64,000 bases of DNA from Camelus ferus. Taxonomy: Eukaryota. Below, piece by piece: positions 12,384-25,482 of the stretch. Both the position numbers and the translations under genes were made by a program. Location of the stretch: positions 118,732,001 through 118,796,000 of the forward strand of contig NC_045696.1 in NCBI RefSeq assembly GCF_009834535.1, given 5' to 3'. Positions within the stretch are counted from its first letter, which is position 1, and every line of letters starts with the position of its first letter. The notes beneath the pieces are model-generated. The model was not told the DNA's origin. It saw only the letters and a program-made list of their open reading frames with translations, and made no database searches.

Positions 12384-13836
12384 TCCTAACCAACTGGACT
12401 CATGAAGATGTCTGGGCTATTTCTGGAAACCAAGTGTGAACCGTTACATTGTGTGTCAAATGAGTAGATGTTGGAATTCCAGCAAAAGTCCCCGGCTCTT
12501 TGGAATCTCAGATTAGATTCGTCATGGTCCTGAATACTTCAGATTTTTACTTGGATTAAGTCTGGGTGGGAGGCCCAGATTTCAGCTGGAGGAGCTGCTA
12601 AAGTGCTGGAGGTGGGTTTATGGAAGCCTGCTACCATGCACCAGGCTGCCATCTAGACAATGGCACCTAAGTTCTTCCAATGTTCACAGGCTATTAACAC
12701 CAACAAGTGAGAAAGTCATGCAGCATCTATTTGTAAAGCAGTCTGCATCACCAATCCGGACGCCTCAGGATTGGTGAGGGTGCACGATGTCACGGGTGCT
12801 GACTCCACGTCTACGTATGTATTTAAGTTCTTTCCCTGGACAGACACTTTTATTATTTTTTTTTTTAAAGAATTGGTCAAATGGTCTTACAACATCTTTC
12901 ACAATTTCAACCTAAAACGTGATTGCCTTTCAGGAGGTACATGAAGTGTGTGATAATTTTTCAGTAAGTCATTATATTCATAAATAAGAAACAGAGATGG
13001 AGGCTGGGGTTCTATACCTTTCATGGCCATAAAGAAAGCAGTGTGCAAAATATTATTATACAAAGGCATTCATTCTACCTTTCCTGTGCTGGAGAGAAAT
13101 CTGTTTTGAATAAAACCTCCGCATTTTAAAAAGTGCTTATGCCATTCTCTAAGTCTGAAATTTAAAGCCACTTTTACTTTTTGACTACCCATACTTCCAG
13201 AAGCAATCTGCAGAAGGTAATTAGACCTAAAACGTTAAATCATATGGGGATCATTTCCCTCAAAGTTTCAAAATGAACCATAGAAGGCTTCTGTGATCCA
13301 ATTGCCAAGATAAAACACTGGATCCTCAGAACAATAAACTGCAAGAGCCATGAAAGCTGCGATAACTGTGTCCTTAAGATACACCGTGATATAGCTGTTC
13401 CCGTCCCGAAAGCTGAGACTGTGTTCTCTCTATTCAAGCAAGTCGGCATGAAATTAAATTTGTAATCAGCCACTCAGAAGGGCGTGAAACAAATGTATGA
13501 ATTCCCTGTATTTCAGAATGAGGGCTGTCTTTACCTTTAAAAACAGACATTTACCTTTAGCAGACAAAATACTAATTAAGTCTGGGAATTTTGCAGTTGT
13601 TATAAATTACATCTCAAAGCTGCCACTAGTAAAAAGCAATCACAAAGATAAATGTTGGCGCCTACCCATTTATTCGTTAAAATAGAACGTACAGCACTTT
13701 CTCAACACTGTAATCTTTTATTCTGTCATTTTCAACATATTGGTTAATATTTAACTACCACTTTCTAATTTATTGCAAGTGATACATTTTTAATTCTTAG
13801 GTCTCCTTTTTTTCCCTAAAGCCCAGTATTTTGTCC

Positions 13837-13970
13837 TTTTGGGGGGAGGCTAATTAGGTTTATTTATTTACTTCATTATTATTATTATTATTTTAATGGA
13901 GGTTCTGGGGATTGAACCCAGGACCTCGTGCATGCTAAGCACACACTCTACCACTGAGCTATACCCTCCC
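13837..13970 (-). mobile_element. vic-1-type tRNA-derived SINE
   Basis: Reverse complement of the 5976 copy: taattaggtttatttattt...ggggattgaacccaggacctcgtgcatgctaagc...ccactgagctataccctccc. Confidence 0.88.
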
Positions 13971-14614
13971 TACTATGTCTCCTTTTTATTAAGAGGAAAA
14001 AGCCAAACTGCACAGCAGGTGAGTAACATGCACATGTGCTCATACACCCACGTCTGTGGGACAAGCAGCAATGTCAACAGCATATCTGTGCCTTGCTTTT
14101 CACAAGCCAGGCCAGGCTTTGCTCGGTGACTTCAGATCACTGACTCCGACACATGAAGGAGATGATGGTCACCCAAGCCCAGGCTGATGTACTGACAGTG
14201 GGGACTCCCCTGACCAGAGATGGCCTCTCCTTCCCTCCCCCTCAATCTGCTCTCGCCTGGAACTGCCCCATCCTCTCCCCAGCTTAGAGACCAACAGGAC
14301 GACAGACCTGAGCTTGCGCTCATCACTGGATGGACCAGGATCACCGGCTGGAAGCCACAGGGTGGGTGTGAAGGTGGACTGTTCCCCCAGAGCCCAGAGG
14401 ACAGGGCGAGGAGGACAGAGCGCTGTGTGGGAGGGAGGAGAACTGAGCTTCATCAGCGGGAGATCCTGGCCCCCAACCGGCCCGCCTTGACCCCAGAATC
14501 GTCACCCCACACCTACGTATCTGCACCCGCCTTCACTTTCCAGCCTGGCAGCGAAGGAACGGGGCATGAGCCAAACACCGAGCTCGCTCAGCAGCAGCAG
14601 GGCTGGGACCTGCT

Positions 14615-14727
14615 TTCTTTTCTTTTTTTAAGGTTTATTTTATTTTCAATGACGGTGCTGGGGATTGACTCCAAGACCTCGCGCATGTTAGGTATGCACT
14701 CTACCACTGAGCTCTACCCTCACCCCC
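14615..14727 (-). mobile_element. vic-1-type SINE, more diverged copy
   Basis: gctggggattgactccaagacctcgcgcatgttagg...ctaccactgagctctaccc. Confidence 0.8.
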
Positions 14728-15721
14728 TATTTGCTATGTTCCTCTTAGTGTGAGTTTGTTTAAATGTAAAATTAAAAAGTGATTGAACCGTATGTGCCAC
14801 ACATACAGGTTTTTAACTAAAGGAGAATTAAATGCATGTAACTTACAGGTGCTCATCACCTGAAACCTGGGGGGAAAAACACACGTTTCTGATGAGATGG
14901 AGATGCCTCCGAATACTTTTTTAAAAAAGTATAGATGACGTTTCAGAACTGGGTCTTAATATTTTAAGTACCCGTTGCCCAAAGCTTGTGAGTGGACAAA
15001 ACTACACGTCAACTCCGACCCGGGGGGCGTTTCTGCTGCTTGATCAGCACTTGCTAACACACCCCGAGAGAAGAGACACAAAGCTGACGCCCAGCCTGGA
15101 AGAAGTCCAGCCTCCAGAAGAACACACCCCCCTGTCAACCCTGGGATTCTGAAATCTACATAAGGAATCATGAAGCTTTGAACTGAAGAGAAGCCTAAAG
15201 ATTTGTTTACACATGTAAATGACACTCGTTTACAGAACAACACGCTCGTACCAAGGATGATTTTATGGAAAGAGATGAACTAGGAGGAGGCTACCCAAGC
15301 TTTTCTGCACCACAGCAAACTCAGGGAGAATCAGAACGTTTATAGGATGTACATGTAACATTAAAAAACTGGAAACAGCCACGTGGAGCCCAATGGAAAA
15401 ACCTGCCTATTTGTAATAAGACTGCCTACTTTATTTAACAGCAGTCTGTCCCTGCCTTTTGGCCTCTAAAATTCCCATCTGGGCTATTTCAGAGGTGGCA
15501 GTTTCATAAATGGGTGTAGGCAATTTCAGAAATTCTCATCCTGAAATGAGGTGACAAACAGGTGGGCTTCACTTCTTTGCTGGTCACAAAGAAGTACTTG
15601 GCTCTGATCCAACTGCTTTAGTGCCTCCTGGAGCAGGAGAACCCACCCGCGGAGTCCGAGTCTCGTCTCATGTCCTGTTGGGAGAGAATCGTCTCCCCAG
15701 TCCTACGGCATTCCTCTTGTA

Positions 15722-15878
15722 TTTCTTTCTTTCTTTTTTTTAATTAAAAAAATGTTATTTTGGGCAGGGGTAGGTAATTAGGTTTGTTCACGTATGTTTA
15801 GAGGGAGTACCGGGGATCAAATCCAGGACCTCGTGCATGCTAAGCCTCTGCTCTGCCACTCGAGCTGTGTCCTCCCCC
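15722..15878 (-). mobile_element. vic-1-type SINE
   Basis: ggtaattaggtttg...ggggatcaaatccaggacctcgtgcatgctaagc...ccactcgagctgtgtcctcccc. Confidence 0.82.
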
Positions 15879-15887
15879 TCTTCTGTC

Positions 15888-16340
15888 TTTTTTTAATTTG
15901 AAGTATAGTCCATTTACAATGTTGTGTTAGTCTCTGGTGTACAGCATAGTGATTCAGTTATACATGTATATATATATATATATATATATTATATTCTTTT
16001 TCATTATAGGTTATTTCAAGGTATTGAATATAGTTCCCTGTGCTGTACAGTAGGACCTCTTGTTCATCTATTTTATATATAGTAGTTTGTATCTGCTAAT
16101 CCCAAACTCCCAATTTATCCCTCCACTTCCCCTCCCCCCCAGTAACCGTAAGTTTGTTTTCTATGTCTGAGTCTGTTTCTGTTTTGTAAATAAGTTCAGT
16201 TTGTATAATTTTTTTAGATTCCACATATAAGTGATGTCATGTGATATTTGTCTTTCTCTGTCTGACTTAACTTCACTTAGTACGATCATCTCCGGTCCAC
16301 CCATATTACAGTAAATGGCATTATTTTGTTCTTTTTTAAT
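15888..16340 (-). mobile_element. Lineage L1 3' end (sense to PLCL2) containing an internal (TA)n run
   Basis: tgaagtatagtccatttacaatgttgtgttagt...ttgaatatagttccctgtgctgtacagtaggacc...agattccacatataagtgat. Confidence 0.9.
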
Positions 16341-18380
16341 GACCTCTTGTATTTCTAAACTGATTTGTTTCCATTTTCTGTTTGCCTCTTTCTCAAGAAA
16401 CACCACGAGAAAATGATGAATCAATATCTAGCTTCACACCCCGGCACAGACGGTGCCCGAGTCTCACCATGATGCTATATGCGGGTGGGGACAAAACAGG
16501 ACCAGGACGCAGCGCGAGGACAAAGCAGCCATTTATCCTTCTGGTTCATTTTGAGTCAAGGTATTGAATCTGATTTATAAGTAACATTAAAGAAGAATTG
16601 GAGACTTTTATGTTTATTGAAGGGAGTCTAGGATTAAAGAGAGTTTAGAAACGCTGGGTTAGAGAAAATTCTGTCCTTAACAAAGCAAAGCAAAACCCCC
16701 AGAAACAACTCGAGGCCCATCACACAAGCACAGCAAGGCCTGACCTTTCTCTGGCTCAGTAATAACAGCTCTGAATGGAGGGGAGAGGTCGGGCCGGCAC
16801 ATCAGGGTTCCCTCGCAAGGTTTTTCATACATCTTTAAAACTTTGATGTGCTCTCCAAGATGAGCAAAAAGGAAAGAAAGAAAAGGATCTGTAGCAAAAA
16901 CTCTGAAGGTCATTTTATAAGATCAGATGCACTGAAACAGGATAAAATAACATGAAGAAAAGCTAGGTGTGGTTAAATGCTGAAGCTGCCAGGTCCCGTG
17001 GAAGGGCCCTTCCCTGAGGGAACAGAAAGCTGTTTGGCCCCAGGACCGTCTCCTCCCTCGTCTGCTGATGGGCTGGGAACCTCTGGGTGATCCGAAAGTC
17101 CTGAATGCGGGCGAGTTCAGCTCCGATGACAGCCGGGAATGCAGAAAGCCAAGAGAGAACGTCACTCTCACTGAGCCAGGAAAAGCCGGACTGTCAATAA
17201 CATCATGACCTGTCTTGTATCCATCAGAGAACTGCAGTTACCGGGGAATGGAAGCCCCTCCGGGGAGAGACAGGACCCAGGCTGTGCTTCCCCATCTTGC
17301 AGAGCACGGGAGGGAGAGGCCATCATGGAGGCACATAAAGGCAATTGGTTAAGATTTTAAGGGAATCCTGAAGGCCCAGTGTGGAGTCACTGGGAGCCCA
17401 GACGCGGGCAGACTTTGTGCTCACAGGTGAGCCCTCATGGGTGCTCCTGGGAAGGACAGGGGCAGAGCAGGAGAGAGCCCCTCTGCAGGGGACCAGGGCA
17501 CAGGTATGCAGCAGGCGATGGGGACAGCAAAGAACTCTGCCTCCTTCCCCATCTGTCCTCTTTCAGGAAGCAAAAGCCTTAGCCCCTGGGGGAATGGCGG
17601 CCAGCCCCTCTTCTCCCTGGGCCACTGGGGGAGGGAGCAAGCAAAATCGACCTACTTCTGCAGCCAAAGATCTACTGCCAGAGGGGTTAGAAGAACCCTG
17701 GACTCAGCAGAACTCTGTGGCCACCAAGAGAGGAGCAGAAAACTGTCTCCTGTCCAGACTCACCACAGATACAGGCAGAGCCGGCTGCCTGGGGAGCAGG
17801 GCAGGAACACCCAGAAGGTCTCACGTGCACAGGGCTGCCTAAGAGTGAGCCTAGACCAGGAGGACGAAGAGACCCCCAACTCCACCAGAAGCCGGGCACC
17901 ACGTGGCAAGTGTACCACAGGGGAGGGGCAGGAGCGTGGAAAGAGACCCCTTTCCAACGCAGGCATCTGCAGATGAAAGCTGGGGTAGAGCAGGAACCAT
18001 GAGTAAACCCTCTAGGACCCTAGTTCCCATATCAACACAAGGTTATGGTGGCCCCTGGGGAGAGGGATTTGCAGCCAGTGGTACACTGAAGGTCACAACA
18101 GCAGCTCGGAATAAACCCAGACCAACTGTAGACAGTAGCCACTCAACTTCCCCAGCACTGATGACCTGGGAGAATAAGACCCACGCTCATTTCTGAGCAT
18201 AAATGTTATTGACTTCAGTCTTTATTAATGTCTAGCATTCAATGAAAATTACAGCACACACACACAGAACATAGGAAAAAAAAAAAAACCACTGTCAAGA
18301 GATAAACCAATCAACAGAGACAGACTCAGAGGTAACCAAGATGTTGGTACTATCAGACAGGGTCTTTAAAACAACTATTA

Positions 18381-18636
18381 TTTTTTAAATTTATTTTTTT
18401 ATTGAAGTATAGTCAGTTTATAATGTGTGAGTTTCTGGTGTACAGCATAGCAATTCAGTTATACATGTATATATAGTCCTTTTCATATTCTTTTCCATTA
18501 TAGACTATTACAAGGTATTGAATATAATTTCCTGTGCCATATAAATTTGTTCTATTTTCTATATAGATATCCCAAACTCCCAATTTACCCCTAAACCCCT
18601 TTTTCCCCCTCTCGAACCACAAGTTTGTTTTCTATG
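18381..18636 (-). mobile_element. Lineage L1 3' end nested in the older L1
   Basis: ttttttattgaagtatagtcagttta...caagtttgttttctatg, flanked by actatta on both sides. Confidence 0.85.
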
Positions 18637-19077
18637 ACAAAAAACCTACTATTAATATACAAAAGAATCTGGGGACAGGGGCAGAGGGGAGGAGCAGACA
18701 ATATTCATGATCAAATGGGCTATTTCAGCAGAAGGATGGAAATTATTTAAAAAACAGTCCAATGGAAATGCTATTTAAAAACCCCAAATATCAGAGGTGA
18801 TGAATTCCTTTGATAGGCTTATAAGCAGACTGAGCACAGCCAAGGAAGGAATCTGTGAACTCGAAGAGATGTCAACAGAAATTATCCAAGCTAGGACACA
18901 AAAAGGTTAAAAACGTGAAAATGCAAAACAGTGCATCCAGAGCTGCTGTGAACATATGTGAACACTGAGTCCCACTAGGAAAAGAGAGAGAGAGAGAATT
19001 TGGCAGAAGAAATATTTAAAGAAATAATGTCCTAGAATTTTATTTTCCAAAATTGGATCCAAGAAACTCAAGCACGA

Positions 19078-19078
<1 letters not shown>

Positions 19079-19122
<44 letters not shown>
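19079..19122 (+). repeat. (CA)22 perfect microsatellite
   Basis: Read directly from the sequence. Confidence 0.95.
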
Positions 19123-19125
<3 letters not shown>

Positions 19126-19894
19126 CTACACTTACATTATTATAGTCAAACTGCTGGAAAATAAATACAAAGAACAAAGCTTAAGGTAGTCAAGAGTGAA
19201 AAAGTGAGATATAGAGGTTAAGAAAGATAGTTCAGATGGATTACAGGTGATCCATTTGCATCCAACCACAGGCTGTCTACTTGACTCAAAACTGGCAAAG
19301 GTACTACATTTAAGGAATACTTTAATGGGAAAAGCTATTCTCTTGTAAAGGACGCTAGTCCCCAGATTTCCCTCTGCTCTCAGAGACAAATGTCTCCCTA
19401 ACATAGAAGTAGATCTTTGACGGGTCCAGGTGAGTTTCAGAGGCTCCAGTAAGACTGTGATTGGATTCTGAAAGTAATCTGCAAACCTCTCTCTCTTCTT
19501 CGAAGAAGTTAAGAATTGTGGCTTTAACATAAACTTTAGAAGGCAAAGAAAAAGATGATCATTTCCTAAGAAAGAATGCCAGTCTTGAGTGTTACAGGCA
19601 GAGGAGAAATGTTTCACAGGGTTGCAAAGGGAATTTTAAGGCTTTCCAAAAGAGAAATGACAAACTGAGAGACAGGAAAGGGGAAAAAAACACATAATAT
19701 ATGGATACAAGTAAAGGAATTTTATAATGAAAACAGCCAAATCAATCAATCACAGAAAGAGCTCTTATTAGAGCTATGAAATGGTTTTTATTCCAAAGTA
19801 GAACAAAATAATCCAATAGCTTATAGACTTTCTAGTTTTGGAACCACCTATGGAGATGCAATGGGCCCCAAGAAGTCAAAGAGCATTGTATGTT

Positions 19895-20070
19895 CTCTAT
19901 TGTCTCAGTTTTCCCACCTGTAAAATAGACATTTACAGAAATACCTTCAGCCCCCACCATATTTATAGTAAGTACCTGCTTCATAGGGTTGTTGTAAGGA
20001 TAGGCTGAGTTCATATTTGGTAAGGGCTTTGAATGCTGCCTGAAGGTTTGTACACCCAACATTAGACCCT
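19895..20070. mobile_element. MIR remnant
   Basis: tctcagttttcccacctgtaaaatag...cttcatagggttgttgtaaggat, a MIR core. Confidence 0.65.
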
Positions 20071-21997
20071 ATTCAATAAATACGTTTCAGGCTGAAACTA
20101 CTTCTTCATGAAAGAAAAAAAAATCACTATCATATATGTGTAGCTTCAATATTCTCATCATTTAGGATTTGATAAAAGTTAGCCCCACCCCAGAAGAAAC
20201 AGAATGAACATCACTCTCCCTGGGTCTTATTTACCCAAGGCCACTACTTAATGCTACCATGGAACTTTTGCTCATGACCAAATGGAGCTTATGCCCAAGA
20301 CACCTTGGGAAACTATCAAAGAGAGACAGATGCCCTCTCAGCATAAAGCTTTAGAAGGCTGCACCCCCATATCTATGAAGGACAAGGAAGTCAATCATTT
20401 CCTAGTCATTTGTTAATTTTAAATCCCATCAATATAGTGAAAATTAGAATTTAACTCATGTGTAAGTATTCACATATTTTTAAAAATCTGAAGCAATGAA
20501 CCCCATTTTATAGTTCTGTCTAAAAAATAATCAAACGACTTTGCTCTAAGCGCTCTGGTCAGAATTATTCAGACGATTCCTTTGACGTCTTACTCCCATG
20601 TTCAAAACAACTACATGCAAAGAAAACAAATTTCCAATTCCTGTAAGATGAAGTTTTCAAGGTCAGGTTAAAGCTTCCAGATCAGTCTATGTCATGTGTT
20701 GCAGTTGCCTTTAAGACACTGGGGTCTTTAATTATAAAATCAGAGGACCGTAACGGAATACAATATTTCCAGGACAACACCCTTTCAGTGAAACACTTTC
20801 ACTACTGCTGAAATATTTATTCCAAGTAAATTTACAAAGCCATCATCTCCATCTGTGTCCAATGTAAACTGCAACAGAATTCATTGGTTTTCTCCAGTAA
20901 TGAAAAACTTGATGGTGGCACTGAGCTCCTCTAAACTACACTAGCACCACTTAACATTCCAGTGAAAATACTGATGCTCATGAATTGTAATTTATGATCT
21001 ACAATAATGGTACTTGAGTGGCCCACTTTGGGGTGAAAGCTGTCCGTGTTTCTCAACTGTGTATATGGTAACTCCTTATTCAGCACAGTGTAAAGCCAGC
21101 TGACTTCCTATAGCACAGAGCTGTTCTGAGATGTGGTTACAGAATTTTAATTGTCAATAACTGCCCGGTAAATCATACTGAATTTGAAAAAGGCGTGCAA
21201 GTCGAATCACATAATGTGAATTCTTAGCTATAAACATGATTAATTCTAGGAGTACCTTCCCAATCACAATTTTCTCCCTAAATCGGGCTGGTTCTTCACT
21301 ACTTCCAGACAGGTTAGGAGGAAGAACTTATTTTCCTGGTTTTTTAAACCTTAAATCTGTCACTGCATTGAGGGGACAATGATGACGGTCCAAAGCTAGA
21401 AAGAAAGTGTCCAAGAGCCCCTGCCTTGGGCCGTGTCTACCGCAAAAACAAGAACAGCTGCTTTTTCAGTCAGAAAATTTAACATTTCCACAATTATTTT
21501 AAAATTAAAATTTTAAAGAAAACTTGCTTTACCCACAGCTTATTATGCCATCATTTCGTTTTTTCTTTTCTTTCTATCTTGTAAGGAAAAAAAATTCCTT
21601 TCAAGGGCTTTTTTTTTTTTAACCCAATGATTTAGTTGCATATGAAATTTGTGTGTTTGTGACAATTACCAGAAAAAATAAACAAAATAACAATTCATCT
21701 GAAAGGGAAACTCAGCTTTCTACAAAATATTCTTTTAAGCCCCAAGCCATTCATGTGCCTGCACTAATCCAGCCCTTAATGCTGTCTCTTCTCTAAACTC
21801 GTATGGCATTTACAGACTCTACCCTAACCTTTAACACTTAATTATAATCTTGTTCAGTTCCCTAATTGTTTTATGTGGGTTAGCCTTATCTCCTCAGGTA
21901 GAATTTTTGAAGGAATGGGCCATGTCTTATATTCTATAACCCCTGGCTAGACCAATTCAGGCAGTCATAACAGTAACTTCTTTTGAAGAATCTTCAT

Positions 21998-22765
21998 CTC
22001 AATCCAACAAGAGGATATAACACTTGTAAATATATATGTACCCAACCTGGGAGCACCTAAATATATAAAGCAAATATTAACAGACCCAAAGAGAGAAATG
22101 TACAGCAATACAGTAATAGTAGGAGACTTTAATATCCCACTTTTGTTGATGGTTAGATTATCCACACAGAAAATCAATAAGGAAACATTGGCTTTAAAGA
22201 ACACGTTAGACCAGGTGGACTTAAGATACATACAGAACATTTCACCCAAAAGCAACAGAACATACATTCTTCTCAAGTGCACATGGACATTCTCCAGGAT
22301 ACATCACATGCTAGGCCACAAAGTAAGTCTTAATAAATTTAAGAGTGAAATCATATCAGGTATCTTTTCCAACCACAGTAATATGAAACTAAAAATTAAT
22401 AACAAGAAGAAAACTGGAAATTTACAAATATGTCAAGATTAAACAGCATGCCACTGAACAACCAATAAGTCAAAAACAAAATAAAAAATGCCTGGGACAA
22501 ATGAAAATGGAAATGCAACCTGCCAAAATTTATGGGATGCAGCAAAAGCAGTTTTAAGAGGGAAGTTCATACTGATACATGTACATTAAGAAACAAGAAA
22601 GGTCCCAAATAAACAACACAATTTCACACCTCAAGGAACAGGAAAAAAAACAAACTAAGCCCAAAGTTGGCAGAAGGAAGGAAATAAAGACCACAGTGGA
22701 AATAAATGAAATGCAGACTTAAAAGACAACAGAAAAGATCAACAAATCTAAGAGCTATTTTTTTG
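21998..22765 (+). mobile_element. L1 ORF2 endonuclease-domain fragment, frameshifted
   Basis: Translation NTVIVGDFNIPL...QKINKETLALKNTLDQVDL...TFSRIHHMLGHK...IISGIFSNHS carries the L1 APE-like endonuclease motifs (GDFN, SRID, SDH, degenerate). Confidence 0.9.
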
Positions 22766-24717
22766 GCCTGCGGGCAACCCTGCAGAGGGAGGCCATGGCC
22801 TCTGAGGGAGAGGACTCGGCGTCTCCTCTGGGAAGACTGCTGCAGCCTCGGGGGCATGCTCCTGGGTGACAGACAGAAAAATACTAATGTGTGCAAAGCT
22901 CATAACCACATGCATTTTTCTTGTGTATGCAAATGCAAGTCACCACCTGTTCTAAAGGGTCAACAAATAAAAAAGACCTTGTATGTTTTAGGACTTTGAG
23001 AATCAACAGCCATTCATGGAGGTATTCTGCCTTAACAATCTGAAAAAAAAAAAAAAAAAAAAAAAAAAGCAGAGCTAAAGGATATATAATAATGCTTAAA
23101 TGCTTATCAATGCCCCTGAATGAATGAATGAACTCAAAGGTTACCACTTACAGGATCACCATTTCAAACACCAGACAGAAACCTATCTACTTTTAAAATA
23201 ACTTTTTTAGACAGTTACAATTATCTCAAAATGTGATAGTATACAGAGTTTACATCCAAGTGTTTTCCTTCCAGTTTTGTTGAGATATGACTGACATCCG
23301 GCACTGGGTAAGTGTACGGTGTATGGCATACTGACCAGCCTTACGTACATCATGGAATGATCACCACAATAAGTTAAAAAATTGTTTTATTACTGAAATT
23401 TTTTTAAATATCAAAAAATAAAATTACAATTTCGAACCATTCCTTTTCTACATAGGGCTGTTATATGCAAATAAAAGATTTTCTAACACAAACCTCTGCT
23501 GAAGTGTCACAACTATGCCTTTCCAGTCTTTGTATCTACTTGACTTACAGCTACAACACACACATGCACTAGGTCATGCCCAGAGTAAACCCTGTTTTTG
23601 TTTTTTTTTTTATTAAAAGCCACAATTGGGTTAAGAAATCAATAAAAATGCCAATGCCTACATGGCAGGAATCCATAAGACTCGCACGATCAATGTAGAG
23701 CATTTGGAAAACAGAGCAATGCCAACTTGGACTGCAGCAGGTCCGGTCTGCCACTTCCCTGACTCAGCGTACACCCTTTTAAAACCACAAGTCCCTTCCA
23801 AATTAATTAGCTCATCAAAGCGAAATGAAAAGCAGTTTTAAAACCCAGCAAAAGCTCATCATTAATGCATTTCAAATGGCCTCTGCTGCCAGTGACTGAA
23901 GCAACTGAACTCCTTCAATGAAATCTTGCGTCACCACTTCCAGCCCTCCTGGCGGTCAGCCCCGACCACGGAGAGAAGCGACAAGACACGAAACACACGA
24001 TTAATTCATGCAGCAGGTCCAAATCTCATCGTAAATACAGCTTCCTGAACCCGGCTCGTGGTTTAAATGATACAACGCAGACACACTATTAACAGGGGTC
24101 TCTGCACCGTACTGGACAGGACACAAAACCAAGAGGGTCAGGCGCCCCTGCAGAGCGTGTACTGAAGACTTCAGTTTTGAGATTTGGAACTGGGAGGGCT
24201 TTATGTGAACATGCTTCAGGGAACTGGTGTGAACGTGAAACACAGGCACTTAGGAGGCAGGCTTAGATTTTACATGACAGTATGATAACATAAGCTTCAA
24301 GTGCCGCATTTAATTATACTGTATTTTACTGCATTAAAGTTATCCAGGAGTGAAAAAAAAAAGGATCAATTCTGGGTGGACTTGCAAACTAATCACCAAA
24401 AGCCCTTACTAAGCGGGATGGGGTCCTTATTCCAAGAAGCAGGCTGCCACACCAACTACTACTTCTAAACAATGCTTTGATTTCTGAGTTTCAAAGGTGA
24501 CTTCAGTATGTTACACAAGCCTGCACTGAGTCCCTGAGGTCCCCACTCCTCACAGGGGAGACTCCAGAGAGAGGGTGCTGGGGAATAAAGCAGTGGTAAC
24601 AGAAGACTCCAATGGGAGGGGGCAGCACCCACAGACCAGAGGGATGGTCGGGACCACCAGCACCTGATGGTCTATGTTTCCCTGTGGTAGAGTGATGTCT
24701 AAACTAGGGCACTTCTG

Positions 24718-25390
24718 ATGGAGATTCCTTAAGAAACTAAACATGGAGTTTCCCTAGGTTCCAGGAATCCCACTCCTGGGCATATATCCAGAAAAAACTA
24801 TAATTTGAAAAGATTCATGCACCCAATGTTCATACCAGCACTATTTACAATAGCCAAGACATGGAAGCAACCCAAATGTCCATAAACAGACGACTGGATA
24901 AAGTTGTGGTACATATATACAATGGAATACTACTCAGGCATAAAAAAGAATGAAAAATAATGCCATTTGCAGCAACATGAATGGACCTAGAGATTATCAT
25001 TCTAAGTGAAGTAAGTCAGACAGAGAAAGACAAATATATGATATCACTTATATGTGGAATCTAAAAAAATGAACTTATTTACAAAACAGAAACAGACTCA
25101 GACAGAGGAAACAAATTTGTGGTTACCCGGGGGAAAGTGGGTGCGGAGGGATAAATTGGGAGTTCAGGATTTACAGATACTAACTACTGTATATAAAATA
25201 GATAAACGATGAGGACATACTGTATAGCACAGGGAACTATATTCAATATCTTATAAGAACATGTAATGAAAAAGAATGTGAAAAGGAATACATACATGTA
25301 TGTATAGCTGAATCACTATGCAGTACACCAGAAACTAACACAATATTGTAAATCAACTATACTTCAATAGAAAATTAAGAAAAAATTAAA
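24718..25390 (+). mobile_element. Lineage L1 3' end (ORF2 tail plus 3' UTR)
   Basis: atggagattccttaagaaactaaac...atcccactcctgggcatatatccag...ctatacttcaatagaaaattaagaaaaaa. Confidence 0.9.
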
Positions 25391-25482
25391 GCGAGACATT
25401 TCTGGGTGATAGTGGGAACTATTAATATATATCTCATCACAACAGGGACTGTCCTGGGCAACTGGAAATGTATGGTCACCCT
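25388..25482. mobile_element. MER94-like hAT-Blackjack fragment
   Basis: ctattaat...gggactgtcctgggcaactggaaatgtatggtcaccct matches the recalled MER94 terminus. Confidence 0.6.

Larger units (their letters stand above)
17200..19245 (+). mobile_element. Ancient L1 5' region and ORF1 remnant, interrupted by a younger L1 and a (CA)n
   Basis: ORF1-like tracts: gataggcttataagcagactgagcacagccaaggaaggaatctgtgaactcgaagag..., gcagaagaaatatttaaagaaataatg, ttatagtcaaactgctggaaaataaatacaaaga. The 5' boundary is uncertain. Confidence 0.6.

Noticed and set aside
22098..22442. Endonuclease-like ORF as a domesticated gene
   Set aside because: It is a frameshifted L1 ORF2 fragment with degenerate catalytic motifs (SRIH, SNH).
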